Positions 10,764 to 21,947 of a stretch of 64,000 nt of DNA are shown piece after piece. How positions within the stretch are numbered: position 1 is the first letter of the stretch; each line of letters opens with the position of its first letter. Position numbers and translations under genes: made by a program. Under the pieces are notes generated by a model. It worked only from the letters and a program-made list of their open reading frames with translations, searched no databases and was not told the DNA's origin. Source of the stretch: Emiliania huxleyi CCMP1516 (taxonomy: Eukaryota); NCBI RefSeq assembly GCF_000372725.1, contig NW_005201287.1, positions 589,081 through 653,080 on the forward strand, read 5' to 3'.

Positions 10764-13700
10764 CTAGAGAGAGGGTTGCACGTCCATAGACCAGACGAGG
10801 TCCCGGTCGTGCCCGCAGCCGGTGCCGCGTGCGCAGTCGTTTTGCAGCTCGGCCGCGGTGCAGAGGCGTGCTCCCGCGCTGGCGCAGACGGCCTCAGCCT
10901 CGGCAAAGGATGCGGCATGGTGGCACCCGCCCATCTCCTCGCCGTTCGACTCGGAGAAGACGTTGCATCCAGGCTCCTGGCGCCACCCTGTCGACAGCTG
11001 CGACGGGGAGCAGCACCGCACTTCGTGAACTTCGGAGCTGTCGACCCAAGCGGCCGGCTCAGCGCAACGCCCGACCCTGCCGCACGCGACGAAGTGGAGG
11101 ACGCCGGTGTCCTCGGGCGGCTGGGGTGGCGGAGGCGGAGGCGGCGGCGGCGATGGTGCAGCGGGGGGCGAAGTAGCCAGCGGCGGCGGTGCAGAGAGGG
11201 TGTCGCCCGACCAGATGAGATCGGCGTCATGGCCGCAGCCGGTGCCTAGAGTGTGAGGCGTTTGCGCCTCAGTCACATAGCTCTCTTGCGCGTGGGAGGG
11301 CACTCGGCGCGCCTCGAGTGCAGCCGTCGGCGATCTCCTCTTGGGTGCACATGCGCGCGCCCGCAGCGGCACACACAGCCTCGGCTTCGACAAAGGTGGC
11401 GTCTTCGTGGCAGCCGCCCATCTCGGGGCCGTCTGACTCGGAGAAGACGGCGCAGCCGCCCCAGCGGCGCCACGAGGGGCCGAGCTGCGTCGCGCTACAG
11501 CAGCGCACCTATAGGAGACGAGAGAGCGAGAGTTTGAAGCAGTGGGAGAGGTGGGCGGTGCACGTCTCGTCGGGGGGCGCACCTCGTGCAGCTCCGCAAG
11601 ACTGACCCACCCTGCGCTCTCGGAGCAGCGATTCGGTCGGCCGCACTCGACGAATCCCAGCCCATCCTTGGGCGGCGGAGCCGGTGGCGGCGTGGGGACT
11701 GGTGGCGATGGCGGCGGGGGCGGCGGCGGTGGCGGCGACAGCGGCGAAGGTGGCGGAAGCGACGGAGGAGGCGGCGGCGATGGCGACGGCGGCGGGGCTG
11801 GCGGCGACGGCATTGGTGGCGGCGGCGACTCAGCTAGCAGATCCATCGACCAGACTAGATCGAAGTCGTGCTGGCAGCCGGTGCCGCGTGCGCAGTCGTT
11901 TTGCAGCTCGGCAGCGGTGCAGAGGCGTGCTCCCGCGCTGGCGCAGATCGTCTCGGCCTCGGCAAAAGTCTGGTCGTGGTAGCATCCGCCCATCTCAGGC
12001 CCGTCGCTCTCGGAGAAGACGTCGCAGCCAGGCTCCCGGCGCCACCCGTTTGACAGCTGCGTCGCAGCGCAGCACCGCACCTCGTGGCGCTCAGTAATGG
12101 GCCTGAATCCCTGCGTCTCGGTGCACTGCCCGGATCGGCCGCAGGCGACGAACGCACGCGCTTCCAGCGGTGGGGGGCTGGGTAGGGGCGATGGTGGCGG
12201 CAGGGCTGCCACTTGGAGTGGCGCGTTGATGAGCGTCGGGTGGGCGGCACAAAAGTAGACGATGTCTCCGTCGAAGCTGGGCGGGACGGTGAAGGAGAAC
12301 TGAGAGCCGCTGCCGCTCATGCCACCGGTGGAGCCCTGTGGGTCGAAGCTCGCCGGGAGCGGGCTGGCTGCTGCCGAGCCGATGGCAAACGGGTGAATGG
12401 CGCTGATCCCGTTGGCGCGGAAGGTGTACGTGGTACCCGGGCGGAGGAGGTCGAGGGCCGGAGAGAAGACATAGAAGGGAGGGGTGAAGCTCCCGCCCGT
12501 GACGTCAACAACCGTGGTGGGCGGCGGAGGCGGCGGGGCGGGGGGGGGAGGAGGCGGGGCCCTCGGCGAAGATCCGGATGAGATGCCAGGCACAACGCCC
12601 CACACCGTTCCCCAAGGCATGATCGTGCCCGCGAGGCACTGTGGTGGGTCGGCGTCTGGTGCCCAGAGGCAGCCTCCGCCGGTGCACGCAGGCTCTGTCG
12701 TCGCGGTGGCGCATTCGAAGGTGGCCGGCGTCGGCGTCGGCGCACGGAGCGATGAGAGGCTGCCCTCGTGCCCGTTGGTGGTCGCCCAGAACCAGGCCTC
12801 GGAGAAGGCGTACAAGAAGGAGAGCTCGTTCTTGGCAAACTTTTCGACCGCCTCAAAGGCGGGGCCTCGCAGTGGCCCGTTCTCGTTGTCGCAGTCCTGA
12901 TTGATCCTGCCATTTGCATTGTTCTGGCAGCACTGGCCGCGGCCGCGATCCTGGCCAGCGTTGAGAGGCGAGCCGCACATGTCCTCGATGCCATTCGGCG
13001 TGTCAAAGAGGTCGACGCTCGCGACGTCGCCACGGACCCACGCGCAGCAAGTGCCACCGCGCGAGAAGAGGTCGTTGCCGTTCCGCGTGTAGGCGAGGCA
13101 GAGGTCGGTGTCGAGCATCATCTCGGTGTGGGCAATTAGGTCCGCAGTGTCCCCAAGCCGGTCAGAGCGGATCCACTGATTTTTCTCCGCATTACCGAAC
13201 AGCTCCGTGTCGGGACGCCAGCCCTTGAACAGGAGCGACTTGAAGTAGTCATTGTTGAAGATGCGGCTCTCCAGGTGGTCCGACCACCATCCAAAGTAGC
13301 CCGAGTTGCCGGGCAGAGCACGGCCCAGGGTGTGTGCGCCAGAGATGGCCGCGGTCAGATACCAGCGACGGTCGATGCCGTCGCCGCCGCCGCCGCCACC
13401 GTTGTCGTCGTCATCATCGTCGTCACCTCCACCTCCCTTGCCGCCGCCGCCCTTGCCGCCGCCGCCCTTGCCGCCGCCGCCGTCGTCATCGTCGTCGTCA
13501 CCACCGCCTCCCTTTCCGCCGCCTCCCTTGCCGCCGCCACCCTTGCCCTGCAGCCGCCGCCCGTTGCCGTCGCCACCAAATTGGAAGGGGGGCGTCTCGT
13601 CGCCGGCATACTCACCAGAAATAGGAGCGCTCACGCACGAGTCGTTGTCGCAGCTCGAGGATCGGACCGCTCCCACCGTGCTCGCGGCGTGACGGCTGTA

Positions 13701-14571
13701 GATGTGGTCGGAGAAGACATCGCTCAGGCCGGGGCAGCCGTCCTCTGGGTTGGGCATCAGACCGGCGAGGTTCTCCGGGCAGCTGGTCTTGGTGGTGCGA
13801 CCCCAGGTGAAGGCGGCCTTGAACATCTCGCGCGTCTGCGCCGGGTCGGTCGCCACCTCCGCCATGAGCGCCTCGGCGGCGAGCACCACAAAATCGGCCA
13901 GCGAGATGACCGCACACACCTGTGAGAACGCATTGGCGAGCGACACGTCGTCTCCGGCGAGACATGCGCCAAGGCCGCGGTTGTCAGTGTCGGCAAAGGC
14001 GACACAGCCATCAGAGCCTCCAAACGAGGCCTCGTTGGGGGGAAGTCGGAAGTCCATAAAGTCATGACCGGCGAAGCGGACGATGCAGCCGACAAAGTCG
14101 GAGCGGGGGCAGATCTGAGCGTTGCAGGTGGCGGGAAGCCTGCGAACGGGGAGGAGCTATGAGTGCGTAGTCGTATGTGAAGGGAGTGTGGTGTGCGAGT
14201 GCGGGGCTACACTAGGAGACATGGGCGCGCCGGTTCATCTCAGCGACAACGATGGAGGAAATGCGGTCGTACTCGGACTCGGAGAAGCTAGAGGTGGTAA
14301 GGACTGGCGCGGTTGCGCATGGCATCACGTCGTACGGGTAGACGGTTCCCTCCTCATACACGCCCGGGATGGGACCGCCGGGAATGGGGTTGCCTGCCAG
14401 CCAAGCCGTCGTGATCTGGCCGATGTTTTGCTGGAGCCGACGGCCATTCGGCCCAGCCTTGCCAGGGCACTCGACGCCCTTGCCTGCCGTCCGTCCGCTG
14501 AATGGGCATGCGCCAAAGGTGCCACGACTGGCCGCAAGAGCGAGAGCGAGGGTAACGCGCGTGGAGGACAT
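10764..14571 (-). CDS. Secreted heme peroxidase (APX/CcP-like, non-animal superfamily) + Pro-rich linkers + cupredoxin-like domain + three Cys-rich repeats
   Basis: Signal peptide MSSTRVTLALALAA; GC-AG intron 14230-14140; distal VRFAGHDF, SLADFVVLAA, proximal GAHTLGRA, FNNDYFKSLL, MLDTDLCL, FLYAFSEAW; HPF...YFCAAHPTL; 3x HEVRCC...GARLC...C.RGTGC.HD.DL.W. Confidence 0.85.
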
Positions 14572-15208
14572 CTCTCGGTTCGCTCGATGTGGGTGCGTGC
14601 CGGCTGCCGTACAAGCTGCGTCTGAAGCTGCTTCAGAATGAAGCGGACGACGCAAGTTACAAGGTTTGATCGACAGAAGACGTTACGACGCTGGAAGATG
14701 CTAATGGGAAAAGCGAGCGCGGGGTGGGGGTGGGGTGGGGGGGGGGGGGCTCTGGTTAAGACCCCTCTCTGTGCATAGTTCGTAAAAAGATAACAGTGGT
14801 CCCAGTGCGCTGTGCGGCCCCGAAGGCCGATGCGCAAGAGCGGCGGTGTGGCCCATATGTATTATGTTTGTTCTTTTGAGCTCGAAACAGCCAAATAGGT
14901 GTCACATCGTGCATCGTGCATCGTGCATCGTGAGCATATGTGTCATGCACATGCATGTGCGCACATACTGACGTACCGGCTCATCTGGCTAGTCTGGCCG
15001 AGAAGAGTAGACACCCGCACCCCGCCTCGTCCCTCGATGTCTGGGCAGACACGCTCCAGCGCAACTCGATCGTACAAAGCGGTGGATGCAGATCCACATC
15101 AGAGACGCCCCACCAGGCAAGAAGACCGCGCAAGAGCCCCACGGGGAGCACAGACCGCAGCCATATGTGGACGTGGAAGGCACGCGCGTGTCGCGAATGC
15201 GTGCTCAC

Positions 15209-17190
15209 TCACTCATCATGCATCTTGAGCGCCCCGCGGAACTGGCGCGCCCAGCTCAGCTGCCGCCGCAGCATCGTCAAACCACCCTCCGCCCCGCTGC
15301 GGCCGGCCTCCCCAGGGCGGCTCCCTTGCTGCCCTCCGGCCCGCTGCCGCTCTGGCGGTGAGGCTTCCGGCGGGCCGCGCGAGCCGCCGCGCAGGAGGCG
15401 GCAGAGCTGTGCGGCGAGGCCTTCGGGGCCGGAGCCGTCGGCCGTGAGAGTCGACTGCAGCGCCTGCGGAGAGGACGGAATGGGGTGTGGGGAGGGGAGG
15501 CACGAGGAGGGCGGCGGGGCGCTCTGCACGGTGTGTGGCAAGCGGCGTGTGGGAGGAGAGGGAGGGAGAGGTAGGGGGAGGGGGCGGCGGCCGCCTGCAG
15601 CGAGAGGAGGTACGCGTCGAGCAGCGACTGGAAGAGCCCCTCCGCCCTCCTCCACTGCAGCAGCAGCGACGCGAGCTCCGCCTAAGGGGGTTGGTGTGGC
15701 GAGCCCGACGGGTGAGGTCGCGAGCGGACGCACCAGCCCGCGCCACGGCTCTCGCCCCGCCTCCGAGTACTCGAGGTTGCGCAGCGACTTCCACGCGCTG
15801 CGCAGCGCGAAGCGGCCGAAAGAGGCGCCGTGCGCCGCCGCGACGGCGACGGCGACGGCGCGGCCGGCGAGCGGCCGCTCGTCGAAGAGGAGCGGCGAGC
15901 CGTCTTGCTGGTAGTGCGGCACGAACCACGAGGCGGCGGCGGCGAGAATCATCAGCTGCGCGAACATGCGAGCGGCGGCGAACTCGGCCCAGAAGCCCTT
16001 GTAGAAGGCGGCGGAGGAGGCGAAGTTCGGGTTGAGGAAGCCGGAGTAGAAGAAGAAGAGGAAGTAGTTGAGGCAGCCGGCGATGCAGCCGATGTGCAGC
16101 AGCCGGACAGCGGCCAGGGCGGACCACGCGAGCGCCTGAGAGAGAGGCGAGAGGTAGCCGAGAGGCAGCCGAGAGGCAGCCGAGGCGGACCAGGCGCGCG
16201 CCCACGGCGAGCAAGCTCGGATGGCTGGGGCGAAGGAGTGCGCGTCCCAGAGCAGCACGATCAACTCGAGTGCGGGGAGCACCTGTGGCGTGGCGGGAAG
16301 GGAGGTGGAGGCGAGGGAGGCGGCGCTGTCGTGGCTGGCGCGGCTGCGCGGAGTCGCCGACAGCATCAAGAATGCGAGCACCATGTGGATCATCCCGGCG
16401 ACGGCAGTCCGGGTGAGTAGCTCGCGCCGCTCGTCGGAGAGCGCCTTGGGCGGTGAGGGCGGCGGCGGTGAGGGCGGCGGCGGTGAGGGCGGCGGCGGTG
16501 AGGGCTGCGGCGGTGAGGGCGGCGGCGGTGAGGGCGGCGGCGGTGAGGGCGGCGGCGGTGAGGGCGGCGGCGGTGAGGGCGGCGGCGGTGAGGGCGGCGG
16601 CGGTGAGGGAGTCGCGTCGCCTTCAGCTGCGCGTCGTCGATCCACGCGCCGATCCACGGCACTGTGTCGCGCAGGTGGCGGCTGCCCCGCTGCAGCTTTG
16701 CTGAGCGCGGGCTCGCTGCCAGCTCGTCCCGGAGCTGAGACACGTCGTAGTCGGGCCCTCCGGACGGCGCAAACGAGAAGCCGACGACGCTGCAGATCGA
16801 AAAGGTGCGGAGGGCGTGCACCGTGCCGAGGAGCAGGGCGAAGCCGCCGCTCGCAGGCGCTGACAGCTGCCCGAGCCGTGTGCCGGTGGCGGCGAGGCCT
16901 CCCGTCACCATCAGAGCGCGAAAAACCATGCCGTGCGCAGAGGCGGAGTCCTCGACCATCTCGGAGACGGTGGCTGGATAGCATCGAAAGGCGTCCAGCA
17001 TCACAGACGCCATCTCGGCCTCGCTCGCCTCGGCCGTGTTCACCTCGAAGAAGCGGGTGTTTCGGAGCCGCTTTCGAAAGCCAGGGCTGAGCTTGTACAT
17101 CTGCCGAGTGAGCATGATCGCGCTGAAGCAGAGCCAGCTGCCGCCGTAGAGAGGGACCCAGGCCCAGTCCGCTTCCGAGGTCTCCAGCAT
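15209..17190 (-). CDS. Multi-pass membrane protein, possibly Frag1/DRAM/Sfk1-like; 3' end uncertain
   Basis: Several hydrophobic segments over multiple exons, YPATVSE and IHMVLAFLML motifs; intronic 15-bp repeat at 16450-16608. Confidence 0.5.
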
Positions 17191-18051
17191 CGGGTCAGAG
17201 GGAGGACGTGAGGTCGTCGAGGGCGGCGACGAGGCTGCTGTGCGCCTTGACGCAGGGCCACCGACGTGGGCCGCTGGGGGCAGCTCCGCGGCGAGGCGCG
17301 CGAGTTTTTTCTTGTTGCAGAGTTGTCCCGTTTTGCCAATAACATAATCCTCATTTGCCAACAACATACGTAAATGTTCGCAGAAAAACAAACACAACAG
17401 CGGAACCAAGAAGAAGGACAATTCACCGACACGATCGCCGGCTCCGCTCGGTTACCGCCGGGGCGGGCGCCTGGCAGCATTGCTGCAGCTTTTTTAACAG
17501 CGTTCTAGATGTCGCACGACTACACCGCGTACGGTGGAGTCAAGGAGCCGCTGTGACAGCGTGAGCAGCCGCACTCCTGGCGCGAGTTTTGGAGGCGCTC
17601 GCATCCCGACTTTGGCGGGACGCGAAGCGCCTCAGAGTTCTGCTGCGCGGAGATTCGGTGATATAACCAGTACATTGCGCCGATCGTGCTCACCAACGCG
17701 CTCATCGTTGTCGCACTGATCGTACTTCTCTAGCTTGGACCGCCTCCCGTTCGCCGCTATGACGCTCTGCTTCCTAAAGCACCATGGTTCTGTGGCGCGA
17801 ATCACTGCAGAGCGGCTTCATCGGGCGGCGTGCCATCCGTTGTATTATCCTCGGGCTTCTGCTCGGTGCTCGCCGTGTCCCATGCATATGTGTATCTCTC
17901 CCTCGTGCGTCGCCGCGTCGTGGGGCGTGTGGGGGCGCGGCTTTTTCACTGTTAACGTGGATGAGTCTGTGATGGGGAGGGAGATGTAACCCCCTCTCTA
18001 GCCTTAGATATCCTCTTTTCTCTCTCGACAAGCCGTGCAATCCCAGCATAC

Positions 18052-18753
18052 TCATCTCTTGATCTCCACGCCATGCACCGTCAGCTCAAACGGCCCGTCT
18101 CCAAACTCTTTGTTCGGCTTCCCGTCTGCGGTGTAGAGCGAGAGCGAGAAGCCAACGCCCGTTACCGCCGCAGGGCTGAGCGGCGGCGCCTTCACAACGC
18201 GGCCCTGGCGCGTCGGCACGAAGGAGCGGAGCGGCAGCCGGAACGTCTGCCTGCCGCCGCGCGTCACAAAGTCGGCACCCCAGACCGGCAACGACATCGC
18301 CCAGCTGTCGGCGACGTGGAGGGTCACCTTGTAACGCCGGCCGTCCCCGGTGGCCGCCACCTCGACCGTGGCGCATTCTGCGGGCAGCCCGAGCGGCGCC
18401 TCATCGTCGGAGCCTGCTGACCGCGCGCCGAGCGTGCGAAAAGAAGCAAACCCGCCTCCGTTTGTGTTGATCACACCGGAGAAGGTGACGTCGCCGCCCT
18501 TCGCGGTAACAGAGCTGGTGGATCGACCACCCATCACCTCGTCGTTGATCTTGAAAAACTCGAGGCGGCGAACGGGCGCCGAGCCCGCGGGGAGGCTGAG
18601 AAAGGTCCGCGGCGCCAGGCAGCGATCCGCCTTTGTTTTCTCACGGTACGCGCGGATGCTGTGGATGAAGACGCCTGTTCGTGCCGCGACGAACACGGCA
18701 AGCAGGGCGAGCGCCGCTTTAAGCGGAGCGGCGGCGACCCACTGCGTGAGCAT
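18052..18753 (-). CDS. CIA30/NDUFAF1-domain protein
   Basis: INDEVMGGRS, FSGVINTNGGGFASFRT, GDGRRYK, FVPTRQGR, GPFELTV. Confidence 0.9.
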   Translation of the reverse strand: MLTQWVAAAPLKAALALLAVFVAARTGVFIHSIRAYREKTKADRCLAPRTFLSLPAGSAPVRRLEFFKINDEVMGGRSTSSVTAKGGDVTFSGVINTNGGGFASFRTLGARSAGSDDEAPLGLPAECATVEVAATGDGRRYKVTLHVADSWAMSLPVWGADFVTRGGRQTFRLPLRSFVPTRQGRVVKAPPLSPAAVTGVGFSLSLYTADGKPNKEFGDGPFELTVHGVEIKR

Positions 18754-18915
18754 CTACGTGCGGTCGACTGCGGATGCTTGCGTGCAGCCCACCGCTTTCT
18801 TTAGTCACTTTAGGCTTAGACTAAGAATTTTTCAAAAAAGAAAGAAAGAAGGGTGTCGAAGTCGTACTCCCCGTGCACACATCGAATTGTGGCGGCTTCC
18901 CGAGCACTTCCGCCA

Positions 18916-20193
18916 ATGGCGCTCGCCCTCATTGTGCGATTGTGCCCGATCGTCGGTCCTCTCGTGCTCGTGCCTGCCTCGCCAGCACTCGCACTGTCGC
19001 TATCGCCCCATCCAGTCTCTGCAGTCGGCCTGCCTCGCGCTGCGCCCACCATGCTAGCCCAGCGCACGATCGAGCCGCTCAAGACTGAACATCGGCAGAC
19101 ACTGACCCGCAAGACTGAGGACCGGGCCGACCACGTCCTGAGCGGTTCGGTCCACCTTGCCAACCGGCAGACCGAGCCGGAGGAGGAGAAGGGCTGGGAG
19201 TGGGCGGCTCCCCGCCTCGCGCTGCTTGCGATGGCCGGAAGCTGTGGAACCAACTTCCCGCTCATCCACATCGTCGAGGAGTCCATCTCTCCGTCTCAGG
19301 CCACCTTCCTGCGCTTCACCTGCGCGACTCTGCCCTTCCTCCCGCTGCTCGCTCAGCGCCTGTCCGCACTCGAGTGGGACTTGCGTGCAGACAAGACGAT
19401 GCTGCCAGGGCTGGAGATTGGCGCCTGGTGCGCGCTCGGCTACGTCACGCAGGCCATCGGCCTCGCCCAGACGGCACCGGCCAAGGGCGCCTTCATCTGC
19501 GCGCTCTTCATGGTGATCACGCCGCTCATCAACGGGCTGGCGGGCCGGCGCGTCGAGCTGCAGGCCTACCTCGCGGTCGCCATCGCCCTGGCCGGCACGG
19601 CGGTGCTCGAGGGGCTCGTGCCGGGCGTGGGCGAGGCGTCGGCGGGCGGGCTCAGCGCCTTCAACGCCGGGGACGCGTGGTGCTTCGGCACGGCCGTCGG
19701 GTTCGGCGCCATGTTTGCGCGCATGGAGATGCACATGGAGCGGCTCGACGACGCGGACCTCGCGCTGCCGCTCACCGCGTGGCAGCTGGTCGCGATGCTG
19801 GTCGCGACGGCGGCGTGGCACGCGGCCGACGGCGGCTTGGCCGGGGGGGCGGAGCAGTGGCTGCAGCAGGTGCAGGCGGCGAGCGGCGCGCAGCCGCTGC
19901 TCCTCTCGGCGCTGCTTTGGATGGGGCTCGTCACGGGCGCCGGCGTGCTGTGGGGCGAGACGATCGCGCTCAAGAAGGTCCCGTCGACAGAGGCGGGCGT
20001 CATCTTCGCCACCGAGCCGCTCTGGGCGGCGGGCTTCGCCGCGCTGCTGCTGCACGACGCGATCGCGCCAAACGAGCTGCTCGGCGGCGCCGCCATCGTC
20101 CTCGCCTGCCTCTGCCTCCAGCTCCCCGAGGCGACCCTCCTTGCGCTCGGCGGCGGCGGCGAGAAGGACGCCGAAGCGGGTGGCGCGAGCTAG
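18916..20193 (+). CDS. EamA/DMT-family transporter with N-terminal targeting peptide
   Basis: GTNFPLI, LRFT, GLEIG..C..GY.TQAIGL..T...KGAFI, GD.WC, EAGVIFATEPLWAA; about 10 hydrophobic segments; intronless. Confidence 0.9.
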   Translation: MALALIVRLCPIVGPLVLVPASPALALSLSPHPVSAVGLPRAAPTMLAQRTIEPLKTEHRQTLTRKTEDRADHVLSGSVHLANRQTEPEEEKGWEWAAPRLALLAMAGSCGTNFPLIHIVEESISPSQATFLRFTCATLPFLPLLAQRLSALEWDLRADKTMLPGLEIGAWCALGYVTQAIGLAQTAPAKGAFICALFMVITPLINGLAGRRVELQAYLAVAIALAGTAVLEGLVPGVGEASAGGLSAFNAGDAWCFGTAVGFGAMFARMEMHMERLDDADLALPLTAWQLVAMLVATAAWHAADGGLAGGAEQWLQQVQAASGAQPLLLSALLWMGLVTGAGVLWGETIALKKVPSTEAGVIFATEPLWAAGFAALLLHDAIAPNELLGGAAIVLACLCLQLPEATLLALGGGGEKDAEAGGAS

Positions 20194-20969
20194 ATCGGCC
20201 CTTGCACGGCCTTTCGCTCATCCCTCCAGGACGAGGAGGCGGGGCACCGCAAGTGCCACGTAGCACCCCTATCAGACTATCTAGATATTATACCATGTCC
20301 TGAAGATGTTGCATGTCATTACTCCATGGTTCTGCTGTGTGCGTGGGTCGTTGTGGGCATGGGGAGGGGAGCGAGACGGTGCTCTCTCAGGGGTATCAGC
20401 GTTAATTACGGCTCTATGGGATGATGCGGTTGGTTGATGCGATTGCGATGTCGTTCCGAATCTGCGTAGAGCGTACTGCGATACTCGAACTCGTTTTTCA
20501 TGCGGTCTCTCGTCTCGTCACATTCTCTCATCATGTTACTCATCAGATAGGCAGCGTCCAGCGAGCTAGCAGGACCCCGGAGAGACGTGGGGGACACGAG
20601 ACAGGATCGACAGAGACACAGAGTGTAGAGAGAGACTCTCACCCCTAGAGATTGAAAATGACGCGAAAATACCTAAATAGCGAAAAACTAAATAGCGAAA
20701 AACGATGAAAGCGGTACGCGGGCAGGGGGTGCTCTGGCTCTCTCGGTCTCGCTCTCTCAGTCTCGCGCTGCATGCTCTCTCGATCATGCTCTCGACATTC
20801 ATAGCTCATTCCAGCCTCATGTCTCTCACGTCTCAGCACTCAGCTACTCAACTGCAGCGTGGACGGAGAGGACAAGGGTGGTCAAAGCGTGAGGCGAAGT
20901 GAGCGCAAGCTCAAGTGTGGCTGTGGGTGGGAGGGAAGTATTGCGGGCCTGCTCCCTGTCAACGTGTCA

Positions 20970-21845
20970 TCAACGGCAACTCGGCCTCTCGGGCTCGGCT
21001 CGGCTCGGCTCGACTGCTAGTCGCACGTCTTCGTGCTTTGGACGTGGGGCGTGGACGCGCAGCGTCAGTCGAGTCGCGACAGCCCGATTGAAGAGGCGCC
21101 CAAAGCGCCAACGCGCGAGCAGTACCAACAGCCCAAATGCCGCAACGCCCCCCATGGCAGCGCCGACATTGACAGCTAGCGGCGGCGTGGGTCTCTCGGG
21201 TTGCGACCCTGCCACCCCTGGGTTGGTGGCGACGACAATGCGCGCGGCGAGGAAGGCCGAGGCGGCCTCGGTCGTCGACAGCACCCCCGCTGCTGTGGCC
21301 TCGATGGCAGAGATCGCCGTCGCGGACGGCTGCTTGAGGGCAACCGTGATGGCGATGACGCCGTCGAGAGCGGTATTAGATCTATCGTCAGCTAGACCTG
21401 CCCTCCCAGCCGCCGCTCGCGCCTCCGCATCGGCTCCCACGTTGGTGGAGTTTGGCAGGACCATGCTTGGTGGCAGCTCAGCGCCCGGCGGCAGCTCAGA
21501 GTTCGGTGGCAGCTCCGACGGAGTCAGTAGCAAGTCGCTGCTGTGGCACCACGCACTGCATGCCTCTGGCTCCATCCCAGCCTGACTCACAAACAGGCGG
21601 CAGGTCGACTCCTCCAAGGCGACATTGCACGCCGTGGCGGGCAACGCCGCTCGGAAGGTGATGAGCAAACACGACTCCTGGCTCGAGGGGGCGCACGCGC
21701 GGCGCCGAACCGTCGCGCCGCAAGGGTAGTGCGGGGGCCAGTACATCTTGCACCTCCAGTTGTTCTTGTCCAGTCGCTCCATCACGCACTCAGAGACGTA
21801 CGCGGCTGTGCCGATATAGACGCCCTCGCCGCTGTACCGCCGCAA
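20970..21845 (-). CDS. Hypothetical Cys-containing single-pass membrane protein; start and exon structure unclear
   Basis: Cys-rich N-terminal part, Pro/Ser linker, hydrophobic segment VGAAMGGVAAFGLLVLLA followed by basic residues. Confidence 0.35.
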   Translation of the reverse strand: MRRYSGEGVYIGTAAYVSECVMERLDKNNWRCKMYWPPHYPCGATVRRRACAPSSQESCLLITFRAALPATACNVALEESTCRLFVSQAGMEPEACSAWCHSSDLLLTPSELPPNSELPPGAELPPSMVLPNSTNVGADAEARAAAGRAGLADDRSNTALDGVIAITVALKQPSATAISAIEATAAGVLSTTEAASAFLAARIVVATNPGVAGSQPERPTPPLAVNVGAAMGGVAAFGLLVLLARWRFGRLFNRAVATRLTLRVHAPRPKHEDVRLAVEPSRAEPERPSCR

Positions 21846-21947
21846 TAGGCGTCAGGCGCACGATCGCGTCAGCGATGCCCCCGTGGCGCGTTGGGAGCAT
21901 CAAATAGCGCTTCGTGCCACTTGCATCTCGACAAGGTCACACGCGGA

